A stretch of 64,000 nucleotides of DNA. Origin: Octopus sinensis (lineage: Eukaryota). The notes below the pieces were generated by a model. It was not told the DNA's origin, did no database searches, and saw nothing but the letters and a program-made list of their open reading frames with translations. The stretch is from contig NC_042999.1 in NCBI RefSeq assembly GCF_006345805.1, positions 26,970,001-27,034,000 on the forward strand, written 5' to 3'. The position numbers were made by a program, and so were the translations under genes. Every line of letters begins with the position of its first letter. The stretch's first letter is position 1. Positions 1 through 13,602 of this stretch are shown here, in pieces.

Positions 1-245
1 CCTATCTGTTCCCCAACACGAAAAAACTTGTTTTGGAAGTAGCATCACTGTGATGATGATAGCTGTTGAAAATATTTGTAAATGACTTTTTTGATGAAGA
101 GGATGAAAGCTTTTGCCCCATTGGCACCCAAGCAATGCAACGCCGATGAGAAGAATGTGTGAACCGGCAGGGAACCTAAGCTGAAGAATAAACCTCATTT
201 GGTAACGTTCGATGAGAGTGTCTTTATTGTCTATGAGTTTTTCAG
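1..245 (+). mobile_element. Degraded 3' end of a mariner transposon (transposase C-terminus plus TIR-like end)
   Basis: Manual translation gives YLFPN..KK, then FFDEEDESFCPIGTQAMQRR*EECVNRQGT*AEE*, matching the mariner C-terminal W.KCV...G.YVEK. A TIR-like end follows (tatgagtttttcaggctacccacga). Confidence 0.65.
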
Positions 246-937
246 GCTACCCACGAAGTGGTTCCACTAAGATATACAAGTAATAACCAAAGTAATTATC
301 TCGCATCACGGCATTATTAATACATGTGAAGGTAAATTAATTCTGAACAGTATAGTTAAACGTCATTGCATAGAGTGAAATAGAACAACATTATGTAAGA
401 GAAAATAGCTAAGTTATTGAATACAGACTTTTCTGCTAAATCACAATAGCGTCATGCGTTTCTTCAGTTCTTTTCTTAAATGGTTTGAACCATAGTATTA
501 GGTTGTACCCATAGCTTTTGCAGTCTCTATCTGGAACATACGAAGATTTGGGTAGAAGTGAGACGAGGACAGCAAATTTCGAGTTACATAGGCCAATGTA
601 GGGTAACAGAATAAATACAAGTGACACTTGTAGAGTGGGTCAAAGGTATTAGAGTATGAATTTATACAAGGGGCTGCTTTAAGGGTATCTTGAAAGCCTG
701 ACTGGAGGCTCAATCTTCCGAGTTCTTTTAAAGGTCATAGAAGGACTAAAGGACTGCTGTAATAAGTTTTGAAACTGAAATGTTGAATAAGATCATAATA
801 AACTGATCGCCCTACCTTCGAACATACAATGAACGTATGTATCACCGAAGCACCAAATCGAGTGTTATAGTAGTATGTTTTTGAAGAATTAGAGAGCAAA
901 TAAAAGGTGATTGGTAAAGTAGTTCTAATACTGCTAC

Positions 938-1076
938 ATATATGTATGTATATATGTATGTGTGTATGTATATATATATGTATGTATGTATGTATGAATG
1001 TATGTATATATGTATGTATGCATCTATGTATATATGTATGTATGTATCTATGTATATATGTATGTATGTATGCATG

Positions 1077-1107
<31 letters not shown>

Positions 1108-1140
1108 CTATGTATGCATCTATGTATGTATGTATATGTA
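938..1140. repeat. (TATG)n/(TA)n microsatellite
   Basis: Visible tandem repeat; source of several spurious ORFs. Confidence 0.95.
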
Positions 1141-1934
1141 TATGAGATAATGAAAATTTTTTTGTTTTCTAAAATCACAGGTAACTATGCTTAATGGAAA
1201 AAGAAAACGGTTAATTATAAGTTTTAAATCTTTAATCTGTCTCGTATATTTCTATTTAATTTATCCCTTGAGGAGAACATCAATGTAGAAATGATTTCGA
1301 ATGAAAACCTGAGGATATTAAGTTACATATTCTGGAAACATTAATTAAAGTGTTATGGCTTGATAACAGCATCGGCATTCACTTAGCAAAGTGTAAGTTT
1401 TGTATATGTGGCCATTCATTTTGACTGTATTATCTTCATTGGTTTTTAGACCTCCTGTATCTTGATATGTTTCTAGAAATAATATATCATGGAAAGAAAA
1501 TAGGAAGGAATATGAAAATGGCTGCAAATTTTGCTGATCAATTTAATTTTGCGAGAAATAACTTTGAATTTTCGACTATTAATCGATTGGCACAAACAGT
1601 AATGTCGGATAACTGTCATTCTTTTTCTTTAAGTTTATGCATCATCAAAATTATTCATTAGATGGATAGTAAAATAATGATGGTGATGATAATGATGATG
1701 ATGAGTATAATAATAATAATAGGTAGTCGTAGTAGTAGTAGAAGGAGAAGGAGAAGAAGAAGAAGAGCAAGGAGAAGAAGAAGAGGAAGAAAAAAAAGTA
1801 GAGGAATCTAGAAATATCGTCCACAACAAGAAACCATTAGACAAGAAGAAAGCAACCAGCAGTATGTTGATGATACTATTACGCATAACTAGGATTTTAA
1901 TGATTTACATGAAGTACAGCAAGTATCGAATGTA

Positions 1935-1938
1935 TATG

Positions 1939-2006
<68 letters not shown>

Positions 2007-2050
2007 GTCTATATATATATATATATTATATATGTATATATATATATATA

Positions 2051-2141
<91 letters not shown>

Positions 2142-2154
2142 TATAATATATATA

Positions 2155-2189
<35 letters not shown>

Positions 2190-2301
2190 GTGTATGTATG
2201 TATCATATTTAATTTTTACATAAACAACACACACATATATATACACACATTCATGCAAACATATATACATAATATATAAATGTATACATACACACACACA
2301 C

Positions 2302-2350
<49 letters not shown>
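1935..2350. repeat. Compound (TA)n/(TATG)n/(TG)n microsatellite
   Basis: Visible tandem repeats. Confidence 0.95.
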
Positions 2351-2351
<1 letters not shown>

Positions 2352-4071
2352 ATAGATTTCTAGACATGTATATATGAAATTCACACGCACATACAAATGA
2401 ACACTCACACATACACAACACACGCAAGCACACATAAAATATAACTTTGTCTGTAAAGTAGAAAACGACTAAATAAAACTAAATCCATATGAAGTTCGTT
2501 GATTATGTTATTCCTTCAGGGTGACTCAACTTTGTCAATTTACTTTTCTTCAATAAAATATAAAATGTATATGTACAATCAATAACTGCCTATACAATAA
2601 CTAGCTCTTGTTCCTCCCGTGCTTTTTTTTCTAATCTATAATCGTTCTTAACGATCTATAGCCTAAACCCCTTTTGTGGCTTCAATCTATGAGTTCATTA
2701 TATATTTTATTCGTTCTTTCTTAATTATTTTGTACTTAATACATTTTTGATGTATGTTCTTTCCGTTCATTTTTGACGAGTTTTAAGATCGATTTTACAT
2801 GTTAGATATCACCATTTTACAGATATTACTGCTTAAGTATTCAAACCGAGCAAAAATATTAAAGATATATAGCAGTAATATTTATTTTTCGATACACAAC
2901 GAGAAGCTAAATAATAGATAACCTATTGGATAATTCATATTTTATTTCAAGTTTCACTTTCATAATGTAGAATTATTTCTTTTCATGAATATCTCTTTCT
3001 TGTATTGCTTAGGAATCAAAAGTATAAAAAGAAAACCTGTAACACATTGAAATGAATTATATCGATAAAGCAAATGGAGAAACGATGCATGGAAAAAGAA
3101 AATATCCTGAATATGGAAGTTTGAAGAAGAAACAATAGCCGTAATTATACTCTTCACACTATACTTATAGGTAGTTAGATTGTTAATGCGCTCTGTGTTA
3201 AATCTGCTAACACTAGCTTATCTATTGTTCCTCTTGTGAGTTGTGTATCTGAATTATATCAATTATAATCAATTTTAGTTTCTTACACCTAGAGCTGTGC
3301 AAGTTTGAGCATTTGACTTGTGATCCTTTAATCAATAATTCAACAAGTATAGTGATAGCCAGCTCCATCTCAGTGAGAGAAAGAACAATTTCACGTCTTG
3401 GTCAAAAAGGGGAAATAATATTAGCGTTAAGTATAGTTTAAATGTATTTTTGTATTCGAATTTTTATAATGACACATCATTGAATATCTTATAACTATTC
3501 TGGCCGTAATAATAGTTGTAGTGGAAACGATATAGAAAAATAATTACTGTCTCCTTGAAGTATATGCATCTTTCAACAAGTGGCATTTAAAAGGGGCCTC
3601 GGATATAGTATACAGAGTATCCTCAATATAGCAGAAAGCAGGACGCCCCATGATACCAAACTGAAAAAAGTTCACATACCCTAGACAAAAAGAATTGTTC
3701 ATGGAAGTGCGGTGTGATTCCTACTCAAGAAACAAGAGCAATGGCAATTATAATAACTATGAATGACGGAAAGATGATGATAACGATTATGATGATGCGG
3801 ATTCATTACATTTTTGAAGGGGCGTTCAATTGGAGGGACATTAGAGGGAATGCTTATAATTCGTGAGTGAGTGGTTCCACAAGAGAAAAAAAGAGGGAGA
3901 AATTTATGGTAAAGTGTATACTTTCTATACAAAATATGTAAATACATCAATCCTACAAACACCTTGTTAAAAGAGTCTTCGAATAGGACCATTTTAAAAC
4001 ATCCCACAGATCACATATTCAACGACATAAACCATCGTTCTCACCGGATTTACTAATAAAACTAGAAATAA

Positions 4072-4262
<191 letters not shown>

Positions 4263-4815
4263 CCCTGATGCAGTACCAGGCAATGGCTCTCATGGCTTCT
4301 GATCTTAACTGATTGGAAGTGTTATCATGTACATTGATTTGTCTTGGTATAAACGATGGGCTACAGTAAATATTCTGCTCAATACCACAGATTTGCTTGT
4401 CAGTTGTTTGACCTTAACCAGTTGAGCATGCCCCTTAGTGGCTGACGATATGTGCATCTCTGATCGCGAGCAGAAGTAGTGGGGGAGCATCATAGCCATG
4501 TGTTGAGAGGGATTCTTTGGGGTTTGAATGATTCACCTCTGGAAACATGGGTGTTTCGTTCAACATCCTTAAACAACCCTTATTCAGGGACCTTTCGAGT
4601 GGGACGTGTTACTCGACCTGAAGAAAATTCTAACTGGGCCCCACTTGCAAGGTCATGTGCTGTTTATTTTGATATGAGATCACAATGTTGCGCACATATG
4701 GTTGTGATGCATGTGCCTAGTGTACCCTTATCAGACGGGTAGTCATGATGGGTATACTCGGCTTCGTATATTTTACCCCAGTGTCACTTTGATGGCATGC
4801 ACTGCTCTCTCACTC
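4263..4815 (+). mobile_element. ~550-bp non-coding interspersed repeat ending ...gcactgctctctcactc(aat)n; longest of three copies
   Basis: Same sequence recurs 5'-truncated at ~29000-29462 (+) and ~39385-39820 (-). The 3' end is shared and this copy lies between (AAT)n tracts. Confidence 0.8.
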
Positions 4816-4871
<56 letters not shown>

Positions 4872-4892
4872 TAATAATAACAATAATAATAA

Positions 4893-5330
4893 TACTCAAG
4901 ATAGAACTGAATGTAAGAAACATGATCGAAGCGATCAATGTTTTCGATATCATTAACTTGTTAGTTACCGAAATATGTAATATTGAAAGAAAAATACGAA
5001 AATTGTTAACAATGCATAGGATGCATCACCCTAAGGCAGATATAGAACGACTTTACCTGCCAAGAAACGAGGGTAGACGTGGAATTTTACAGCTGGAATT
5101 AACGTACTGTCTATGTTATCTCAAATTCTAAAACACACTTATTAGGTTCTTATGCATTCTTAAACATTCTCTAGAACGACACTATGTGCAAAACCAGATG
5201 CATTACATCCTTGACATAGCACCAACTTGAACTTCTAACTTATTGTCTCTTGGGGTCTTTGGGTGAGATTTAGATCTAACTTGTACATATACGAAGCGAA
5301 AGCCAAACATATAATAATAATAATAATGAT
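4893..5330 (+). mobile_element. Internally deleted Dong/R4-type non-LTR retrotransposon (RT C-terminal part fused to 3' UTR and (TAA)n tail)
   Basis: ELNVRNMIEAIN...ERKIRKLLTMHRMHHPKADIERLYLPRNEGRRGILQLE motif; 3' UTR (ccaacttgaacttctaactt...tctttgggtgag) shared with 31500-31630. Confidence 0.8.
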
Positions 5331-5379
5331 AATATTGGCTTCAAATTTTTACACTATACCAGAAATTTCGCAGAAGCGG

Positions 5380-5545
5380 TTAAATCGATTACATCGACCC
5401 CAGGGCGTAACTGGTACTTAATTTATCGACCCCGAAAGGATGAAAGGCAAAGTGACCTCGGCGGAATTTGAACTCAGAACTTAACGGCAGACGAAATACG
5501 GCTACGCTTTTCGCCCGGCATGCTAACATTTCTGCCAGTTCACTG
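5380..5545 (-). mobile_element. tRNA-derived SINE, family 1
   Basis: Reverse complement of the family-1 body (B-box gagttcaaattcc; gactttgcctttcatcctttcggggtcgataaattaagtaccag). Confidence 0.9.
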
Positions 5546-5607
<62 letters not shown>

Positions 5608-5984
5608 TTAATAATAATACCAGGCAAAAGATGTCCATCTCTAGTGGTATCTCTACTTCCTTCATTTTGACAATCATCCAACTGCGATATGTTGGAATAA
5701 GTCATGTTTTCCCCATTTTGAGTGTTACTGTGAGATTTTCCTTGGCTAATTCTTCGCTTGAATAACTTACTTCAACTCTGCCAAAGCGTCTTCCACAGGT
5801 GACATAACTACTTTAAAACCCAGACCAGTCTCAGGTACTTTTCGATCTGGACCTGAGTCATTTTCTCCATTCTTTTAATGAATGTTTCTTCTCTTAGTGT
5901 CTTCTTGCATTCCCTCCGTTGTGTTAAAATTGTCTGGCCAGCCATTCTTTGAGCTCATTCTGCTTAAAACAAAGAACAACCGCT

Positions 5985-6212
5985 GTTGAGCTGCCAGAAA
6001 CGTTAGCACGCCGGGCGACCTGCGTAGCCGTATTTCGTCTGTCGTTACGTTCCGAGTTCAAATTCCGCCGAGGTCGACTTTGCCTTTCATCCTTTCGGGG
6101 TCGATAAATTAAGTACCAGTTACGCACTGGGGTCGATGTAATCGACTTAATCCGTTAGTCTGTCCTTGTTTGTCCCCTCTGTGTTTAGCCCCTTGTGGGT
6201 AGTAAAGAAATA
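5985..6212 (+). mobile_element. tRNA-derived SINE, family 1 (near full length)
   Basis: Head gagctgccagaaacgttagcacg, B-box, conserved central domain and tail tttagccccttgtgggtagtaaagaaata. Confidence 0.9.
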
Positions 6213-7609
6213 TATTTTATCAATGTTTCTTTATGGAAGTGGCGGTGGTAGTGATGATGGTGGTGGTGTCAGTGTTGGGGACAGTAGAGGAGGTCGGTCT
6301 TCCATTATTTGAAAATATATCTTGCTCGTCGCTACTGATGCTTTTGTTTCTATTGCTGTAGTATTTCCTGTTGTCTAGTAGTGGGAACACAATATCATAG
6401 CGGCTATTCCAACAACAAATTTTTAATTAAAACATCAAAATTCCCCCTTAAAATCGCATTCTTGCCACTGCATCTCGTCTCGTTTGTAATGAGCTGGTTT
6501 ATTTGGTTCTAAGTCCAGCAGAATATTGGAATAGCAACTAATAAAGCAGCAAATGTTAAAGAGAACTTACGAATCACGAACATCTTGTACACTTGTTCCA
6601 GACGCAACAACAACGATATCTGATTTAGGTACATGGACTGCATTTTCAAGGGGAATAGATTAGTCCATATCGTTGAACTCGGTTATGGATTGGTACTTTA
6701 ACCCAAGATCGCTGAGGGATAGACAAAGTCATTGTTATTTTAATAATAACGAAGATACGTCAGAGAACACTGTCATAGTATACGCTATCAAGTAGATTTC
6801 CCAACCACTGTTTTACTAAACAATAAAAGAGTTCGTACAATAAAATAACTCGTCTTCTTTGACGTCAAGCTTCAGAGGGAAATTAAGTTTGTGTATTTAT
6901 TGACAGGAAGGTAGGTGAGAATATCAGAGTAAATGAAAAGGATAGAAAACTGTGTGGTCGTGGTTAGAGAAAACGATTACTGGTTAAAATTACTGGAAGA
7001 AGAAATATTTAGATCACTTGATATGTCAATAAAAGCTATTAGCATCAAATTTACTGTTTGAATGGAATGTGAGTTTTAAACGATTCATTGAGATAATTTC
7101 AGTGGAATTAGATTTGTATTCGCATCAGCAAATTTACGCGAAATTTCTCAGTTTATTACAATGAAACAATACGTGTATACTTGGATTAGTTTTGCAAGTG
7201 TATCATAGCAAGACGCGCATATATGGCTACAAAGATGTTTATGTGCGTACGTGTGTGTATATATATGTGTAAGTACAGGATTATACTCAAGGACAGTTGG
7301 CATTTCCTTGATGTAGAAGAGAAAATAGAATTAGACTACAAAGAAAACTTTAGGTATCATTATAACGATCTAAGATAATAGAGAATGCTGTCATTTATCC
7401 CAGCTTATTCCTACGTGAGCACACCCTTGTCCAACTGCTTTTCAGCCGTGATTATCATGGCTTTTTAGAATATTGGAGTACATTTCCTAAAGGGTCCTTT
7501 ACATATTTAAGTTGGTAGAGTGTGATCATATAGATATTTGCTTGCTATATCTCTCTTTTCCTTGTTTCAGTCATTTGACTGCAGCCGTGCATATAGATAT
7601 TTGCTTGCT

Positions 7610-7763
7610 ATATCTCTCTTTTCCTTGTTTCAGTCATTTGACTGCAGCCGTGCAGGAGCACCGCCTCTAGTCGAGTAAATGGACCACCAGGACGTATTTT
7701 TGGAAACCTAGTACTTATTCTTTGCTGAACCGCTAAGTTACGGGGACGGAAACAGACACAGAA

Positions 7764-7800
<37 letters not shown>
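7610..7800 (-). mobile_element. 3' half of a family-2 SINE split by an insertion
   Basis: tcagtcatttgactgc..ccgtgc.ggagcaccgc...ctagtacttattc...gaaccgctaagttacggggacg matches the intact copy at 48424-48817. A 63-bp tandem duplication lies at 7527-7652. Confidence 0.8.
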
Positions 7801-7814
<14 letters not shown>

Positions 7815-8011
7815 GATATAATAAATATTAGGGAATAAATCCAAATTTACAGGGAAAATCAGATTTATGATTGAATCCAATTTTATAGTAAAATATAATA
7901 TAATATTAATTAGAGACAAAACCACTATTATGCAAATCAAACAAAGAAAGACTTAATCCAATACATAAAAATTTTATATAAATTAAATATAATTAAGATT
8001 AATTAAGATAT

Positions 8012-8057
8012 CCCCTACGATCGTTTCTTGTCATTTCAATGGACATTCATCAGGTGG
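8012..8057 (-). ncRNA. Minimal type-I hammerhead ribozyme motif (stem I with one mismatch)
   Basis: Minus strand ccac-CTGATGA-a-tgtc..gaca-a-GAAA-c-gatc-GTA-gggg. Confidence 0.7.
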
Positions 8058-9002
8058 TTTTCAAGACCTAAAATATAATCAATATTTTTAAGATATAAAT
8101 TTGAAATGACTAATATATATAAAATATAAAATCATCAATGAAAATATATATAATAATCAAGAACTATAATAACCTCTAAAAACGTAGTATTTAAATTCTC
8201 ATATTTAAAGATGAAATAGCTAATTTCAAAAAACAAAAAACAAAAAATAAAAAATATATATACACACTTGCTCATGCACAAATATCCATGTATGTATATA
8301 AACATATCTAAATACATACACAAACTCACACACACATATATATATATATATATCTATACATACAAATAAACATCTAGACAAAGATAAATTTATAATGTAG
8401 CCGTATACTTCTACACATTACTAATTCATACTCCCACTCCCACACATACAATCTCTCATTCATACACAAATTCTCTCAGCATGATAATAACACAGAGGAA
8501 ATATAACATCCAGTAACCGCAGATACTCAACCACAAACTTATAGAAATATTTCATTCTTAGTAAAATATTAAATACTATATACTATATATATGTAATAAC
8601 CATATATAAATACGTAAACAAACACACTCACATATATATTCTATATACTATATGCATTTAAATAACATATATAAATACGTAAACAAACACACACACGTAT
8701 ATATTTATACATACAAAAATATATAAAGACAATATTTCTACACATTAATAATGCATACTCACACACACACACACATACAATCAATCATCCATACATAATC
8801 GTATTCACACTGCAAAGCTCTAACACAGAGGATGAACAAATCCAGTAGACACAGATACTCAGCTACATACTTATAGGAATATAGAGGTTATTATAGTTCT
8901 TGATTATTATATATATTTTCATAGATAATTTTATATTTTATATATATTAGTCATTTCAAATTTATATCTTAAAAATATTGATTATATTTTAGGTCTTGAA
9001 AA

Positions 9003-9048
9003 CCACCTGATGAATGTCCATTGAAGTGACAAGAAACGATCGTAGTGG
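9003..9048 (+). ncRNA. Minimal type-I hammerhead ribozyme motif (GUA triplet, palindromic stem III)
   Basis: ccac(9003-06) CTGATGA(9007-13), stem II tgtc/gaca, GAAA(9033-36), c-gatc-GTA(9042-44), gtgg(9045-48); stem III is the palindrome acgatcgt. Confidence 0.8.
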
Positions 9049-9151
9049 ATATCTTAATTAATCTTAATTATATTTAATTTATATAAAAAATTTTATGTAT
9101 TGGATTAAGTCTTTCTTTGTTTGATTTGCATAATAGTGGTTTTGTCTCTAA

Positions 9152-9218
<67 letters not shown>

Positions 9219-9219
9219 C

Positions 9220-9399
9220 ATATATACGACGAGCTTCTTTCAATTTCCGTCTACCAAATCCAATCACATGTCTTTGGTCAGCCCGAGGTTATAGTAGAAG
9301 ACAGTTGCCACGCAGAAGACAGTTGCCAAGGTGCCACGCAGTGGGACGGAACCCAAAACCATGTGGGTGGTAAGCAAGCTAGTAACCACAGCCACTCCT
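9220..9399 (-). mobile_element. 5' half (tRNA head) of the split family-2 SINE
   Basis: tacgacg.gcttctttca.tttccgtctaccaaatcca...aaggtgccacgcagtgggac...cagccactcct matches 48660-48817. Confidence 0.8.
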
Positions 9400-10419
9400 G
9401 TGCCTATTTCTAACGAACATGTGACCAAGTAGACGTGTTCTTAGACAGAATATGTAAGGCACTAGAGAAATGTAGAGTATATGTTAGATTTTTCACAAAC
9501 AGGTCAGTCCTTTTGAGAAGTTAATTCACAAAACGAAGTACTAGCTTTCCAGATAATCCCCGATCATTATGCCACATACAATATTCTGATCCCAGGTTAT
9601 CAAATTAACCTTAATACTTTAACTTGCTGCATCATCTGTATAATCTTCAACCAAAATTTATGATACTTAATGGTATATGCATTAGCATGTAGATACACAT
9701 CGTCCTTACGTGTCGATCATTCAACCTTAAAATATCCTCTGCAGCAATATATAGAATACACATAGGCACACACATATATACAATATATATATAGAGATAC
9801 ATATCACTTTAGATTGTATAGGGCAAATACCTCCGAATGCTCTCGTTAAAAAGCTCCTGTGCTTTTTTAGTCAACCACCGTCTGTTATTACCATCCTCCA
9901 GATTAATCCTGTATGTTGCTAATATAACAAGCACTCCTTACATGTTAAAATAAATATAGTAATAACGAATGTCATTTGCGGATGGAAATTTTTACATTTT
10001 ATTAATGCATTGTGATATACGTTTCTGCATACCACATGTCCGTTTGTGACTATAGTTCCACTTCCATAGGATATTATCAAATATTATTTATAATATCTAT
10101 GAACCTTGCGCGTTATTGTTCCAAGTGTATGCTTCGTAGTTATAAATGGTATTTGATAAAATCCTATGGGTATGCTGAAACGTAGGTCGGAACTCATGAA
10201 AAAAAGGAAAATTTCCATCCGCAAATAATTTTCATTGCTTCATAGGTATACATTTACTTAGATATACATGTTTGTGTGTGCGTGTGTGCGTATGTGCGTG
10301 TTTGTGTAACTGTGTGTGTATACATAGAAGTGCAGAGGTGCATATATACATATACATATATATAAATATATATATTGGTTACAACCAGACATATAAGGTT
10401 AGCATTTACAGGAGCGTGT

Positions 10420-10990
10420 GAGGAAAAGTTAGATAATCGCGTAAGTAAGGCCAGCAGTGGAACCCACCCTAATTAACGCGGCATGCAAGGGAAAATGATG
10501 CAACGAGTTTGTAATAGAACAAACAGAAACAGGTGGTGATAGACAGATATATTTCAAGGGGTGATGTTTGTAAAGGCTATGCCATATGGAGGGTTAGCCG
10601 ACATGTTTAGGAAGACTCTAAAAGACGCCAAACTCAACATTAAAATCGTAGAGAAACCAACGAGGTTAATCAAATCAAAGTTATGTAAATTATACCCCTC
10701 TGATAGGATTACGTTGTTTGTACCTTTAACCCCAGTGTTAGCTGTAAGACTAAGATGGTAATCCTCAACGTAAAGTGAATTGCAGTGTATTGTAGGAACA
10801 GAAATACAACATACATTGAGGAAACTTCTAGGAGATTATCGGAGAGATTAAATGGACACTGGCGGGAGCATAATGAAAAGAGGCAGTCGTCCATACTCTG
10901 TCAGCATGGAAAACATGGACATGGTGACATGCTGACCGAATTAGCATCGACGTCTTGTCTAAATAATCGAGCGTCCTACCTCTTCGACAA
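10420..10990 (+). mobile_element. Penelope-like element remnant (RT-EN linker and GIY-YIG endonuclease)
   Basis: C.NRNTTYIEETSRRLSERLNGH resembles the GIY-YIG YIGET.R.L..R..EH; upstream GGLADMFRKTL...KIVEKP linker; frameshifted. Confidence 0.65.
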
Positions 10991-11720
10991 AACGCGAATT
11001 TGTTCTCATAATTTGAGACGTTACTAGTACTGAATAGAAACTATAGATAGCAGGTAGGATAACTACAACGCCACCGTTACAACCCATGAAATATGCATAT
11101 CTGATTGCATTCGTGAGCGTGGGTAGGCATATTGGTATAGGTTGGTATATTAAGGGAAGGGTTACAACGACAGCAGGGTTCCATGGAAATTCATGCAAAG
11201 AAATAATATATAAATATTTGCAACTGCAATGCATAGGCATACATATCGAAGCACATGTGCACGTTCATACCTGCATTGACGCAGGTATACGTGGGGGGTC
11301 AGATGAGGTGGGATTAGATTGAGAGTCGGATACAAGAAATCCATATCGATAATTACATGTAGTTAGGAATAATTCCAATACACATCATCGCGCACGCATG
11401 GACGTGCAGGAACACAGGTAAACAGGCACGCATATACGCACAACACACAGTCACCCCCCATACACACACACACACACAATCCACATACATAAAGACATAG
11501 AGACATGTACAGGTGCATGCGCTCTACGCGCACGCATGCACATGCACGTATGTAGGAACACGTGCTACATACAAGAACGCACATACAAACTTACACAGAT
11601 GTTATCTATTCAAAAAACAACCACACCTAGGTACGTCGACATATGCTGGAATGGACTAAACGTGAAAAAAAAATTAATATATTCACACACACGTAGGAAC
11701 ATACACACTGACTCAGAAGA

Positions 11721-12136
11721 AGGCGGCGAGCTGGCAGAAACGTTAGCGCGCCGGGCGAAATGCTTAGCGGTATTTCGTCTGTCGATAAGTTCTGAGTTCA
11801 AATTTCGCCGAGGTCGACTTTGCCTTTCATCCTTTCGGGGTCGGTAAATTAAGCACCAGTTAAGCACTGGGGTCGATATAATCGACTTAATACCTATGTC
11901 TGTCCATGTTTGTCCCCTCTATGTTTAGCCCCTTGTGGGTAATAAAGAAATAGGTATTTCGTATGTCGTTACTTTCTGAGTTCAAATTCCGCCGAGGTCA
12001 ACTTTGCCTTTCATCCTTTCGGAGGTTGATAAAATATAGTACCAGTTTCGCATTGGGGTCGATGTAATCGACTTAATCCGTTTGTTTGTCCTTGTTTGTC
12101 CCCTCTATGTTTAGCCCCTTGTGGGCAATAAAGAAA
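11721..12136 (+). mobile_element. Family-1 SINE tandem dimer (head+body, body)
   Basis: Full head at 11721; second body restarts at ggtatttcg (~11953); imperfect TSD-like repeat actcagaaga at 11711-11720 and 12145-12154. Confidence 0.9.
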
Positions 12137-12893
12137 ATACACTCACTCAGAAGACCAAATCAACTACACAAACACGCTTGGCTAAACTTTTACGTTCGCA
12201 TCCCACTCCAAGCCGTCGAAGCTGACATACGCACACCTACACTGTTCTCAACTCCTGTCTCCCTACATAAAGTGCTACACTTATAAATCTTTACAAGATG
12301 ACAAGCAAAACCTTGCAGATCTAAGACCGAACTAGCGTTGAACAAAGGCTGAATCCTTCAAAGGACAAGAATGGCTAATGCTCACACATACAGGCAGTCA
12401 AGCGGTGGTACACACACAAAAACACATACACATCATATGCACATACATATACACCACATCGTATACACATACACATACACACACAGACACAAACACTTCA
12501 TTTACTTTCTCTGGCAGGTAAATGCACATCTACATACACGCATAGAGGCATACATACACTCAGGAATAAGACTAATTGGCAGACAGATTCCGGGAAAATT
12601 TTAAAGAGAGGGCGTGTTATCGATAAGGTCGCGAATTCGATGAAATGTCTTTTAATTACAGACAACCAATTGCGTGTATAAGCAGCTCGTTAAACGATGA
12701 ATCCGTCAGTTAGTTGGTTCGATATTTAACAAATTGAGTAACAATGAATTGATTTTGAACCAGTGTGTGTGTTATGTTTACTGGAGTAATAACACTTCCG
12801 GGACACAGCAAGAAATTTTTGTAAACACGAATTCACATCAAGGATCTTTCAGAATACATGGACATACATACATACATATATATATATATATAT

Positions 12894-12927
<34 letters not shown>

Positions 12928-12931
12928 ATAT

Positions 12932-13010
<79 letters not shown>

Positions 13011-13541
13011 TATATGTATGTATAATCAGTACGAAGCTTTAAGGATGCAATGAGCATCAACCTATTTAGAAATGAGAGCTAAAGTCTCAATTCAACCGCC
13101 TGAAGGCACCAAAATAGTAGAAAATGACAGAATCGGAGGGAAACGGACAAATAATTAAAAAGCCTATCTATAAAGACTATGTGGTTCAGATGCTCATACT
13201 CCATGGTTTCGGGTGTTGGCCCGAGGGCCTTAACTTACCTCAGTATGAGTTACTGAGCAAAAAATTCAAATTCCACCACGTTATAAAACCTTTAGCGTTC
13301 TTGCTTGTGTTGCGTCCCAAAAACCAGCAACGTAGGGTGCAAGATATTTATGAACAAAAACATTCGAAAGTTTACATTCGAAATAATGTTATTTTAACAA
13401 AACTGGCCGGCCAACGGGAACGTGAAAGTCTGAGTAACATTTTTTGTCATATTTCTGCTGCTTTTAAATAAAACATATTACGCTACTTCTGGTATGAGAA
13501 TACTCTTTTTTCCACCTTGTTTCACATTTATGTGCTTACTC

Positions 13542-13602
<61 letters not shown>

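Larger units (their letters stand above)
7898..9163. repeat. ~281-bp inverted repeat (7898-8178 / 8882-9163) with ~700-bp spacer; each arm carries a hammerhead motif; Penelope-type pseudo-LTR-like
   Basis: Arms are reverse complements with only a few differences; inserted in the internal (TA)n tract of a family-2 SINE. Confidence 0.9.

Noticed and set aside
735-2435. Many 60-180 aa ORFs rich in Y/I/H/T/M/C (also at 4.0-4.3, 12.7-13.7, 27.6, 29.4-29.9, 31.6, 41.0, 45.7, 47.5, 49.9, 59.7 and 61.6-63.6 kb)
   Set aside because: They are translations of microsatellites that lack stop codons; no protein signal.
6570-6740. Possible minus-strand exon ending at a GTAAGT donor (…VVVASGTSVQDVRDS)
   Set aside because: In-frame stop upstream, weak acceptor, no recognisable protein and no partner exons.
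10150-10190. Degenerate HHR-like string (ttgataaaatcc...gctgaaacgtaggtc) near a short inverted repeat (9975-9992 / 10210-10227)
   Set aside because: Core and stem I are disrupted; at best a decayed Penelope-type end.
13124-13471. 115-aa ATG ORF just upstream of the Helitron
   Set aside because: No recognisable motif; length within chance expectation.
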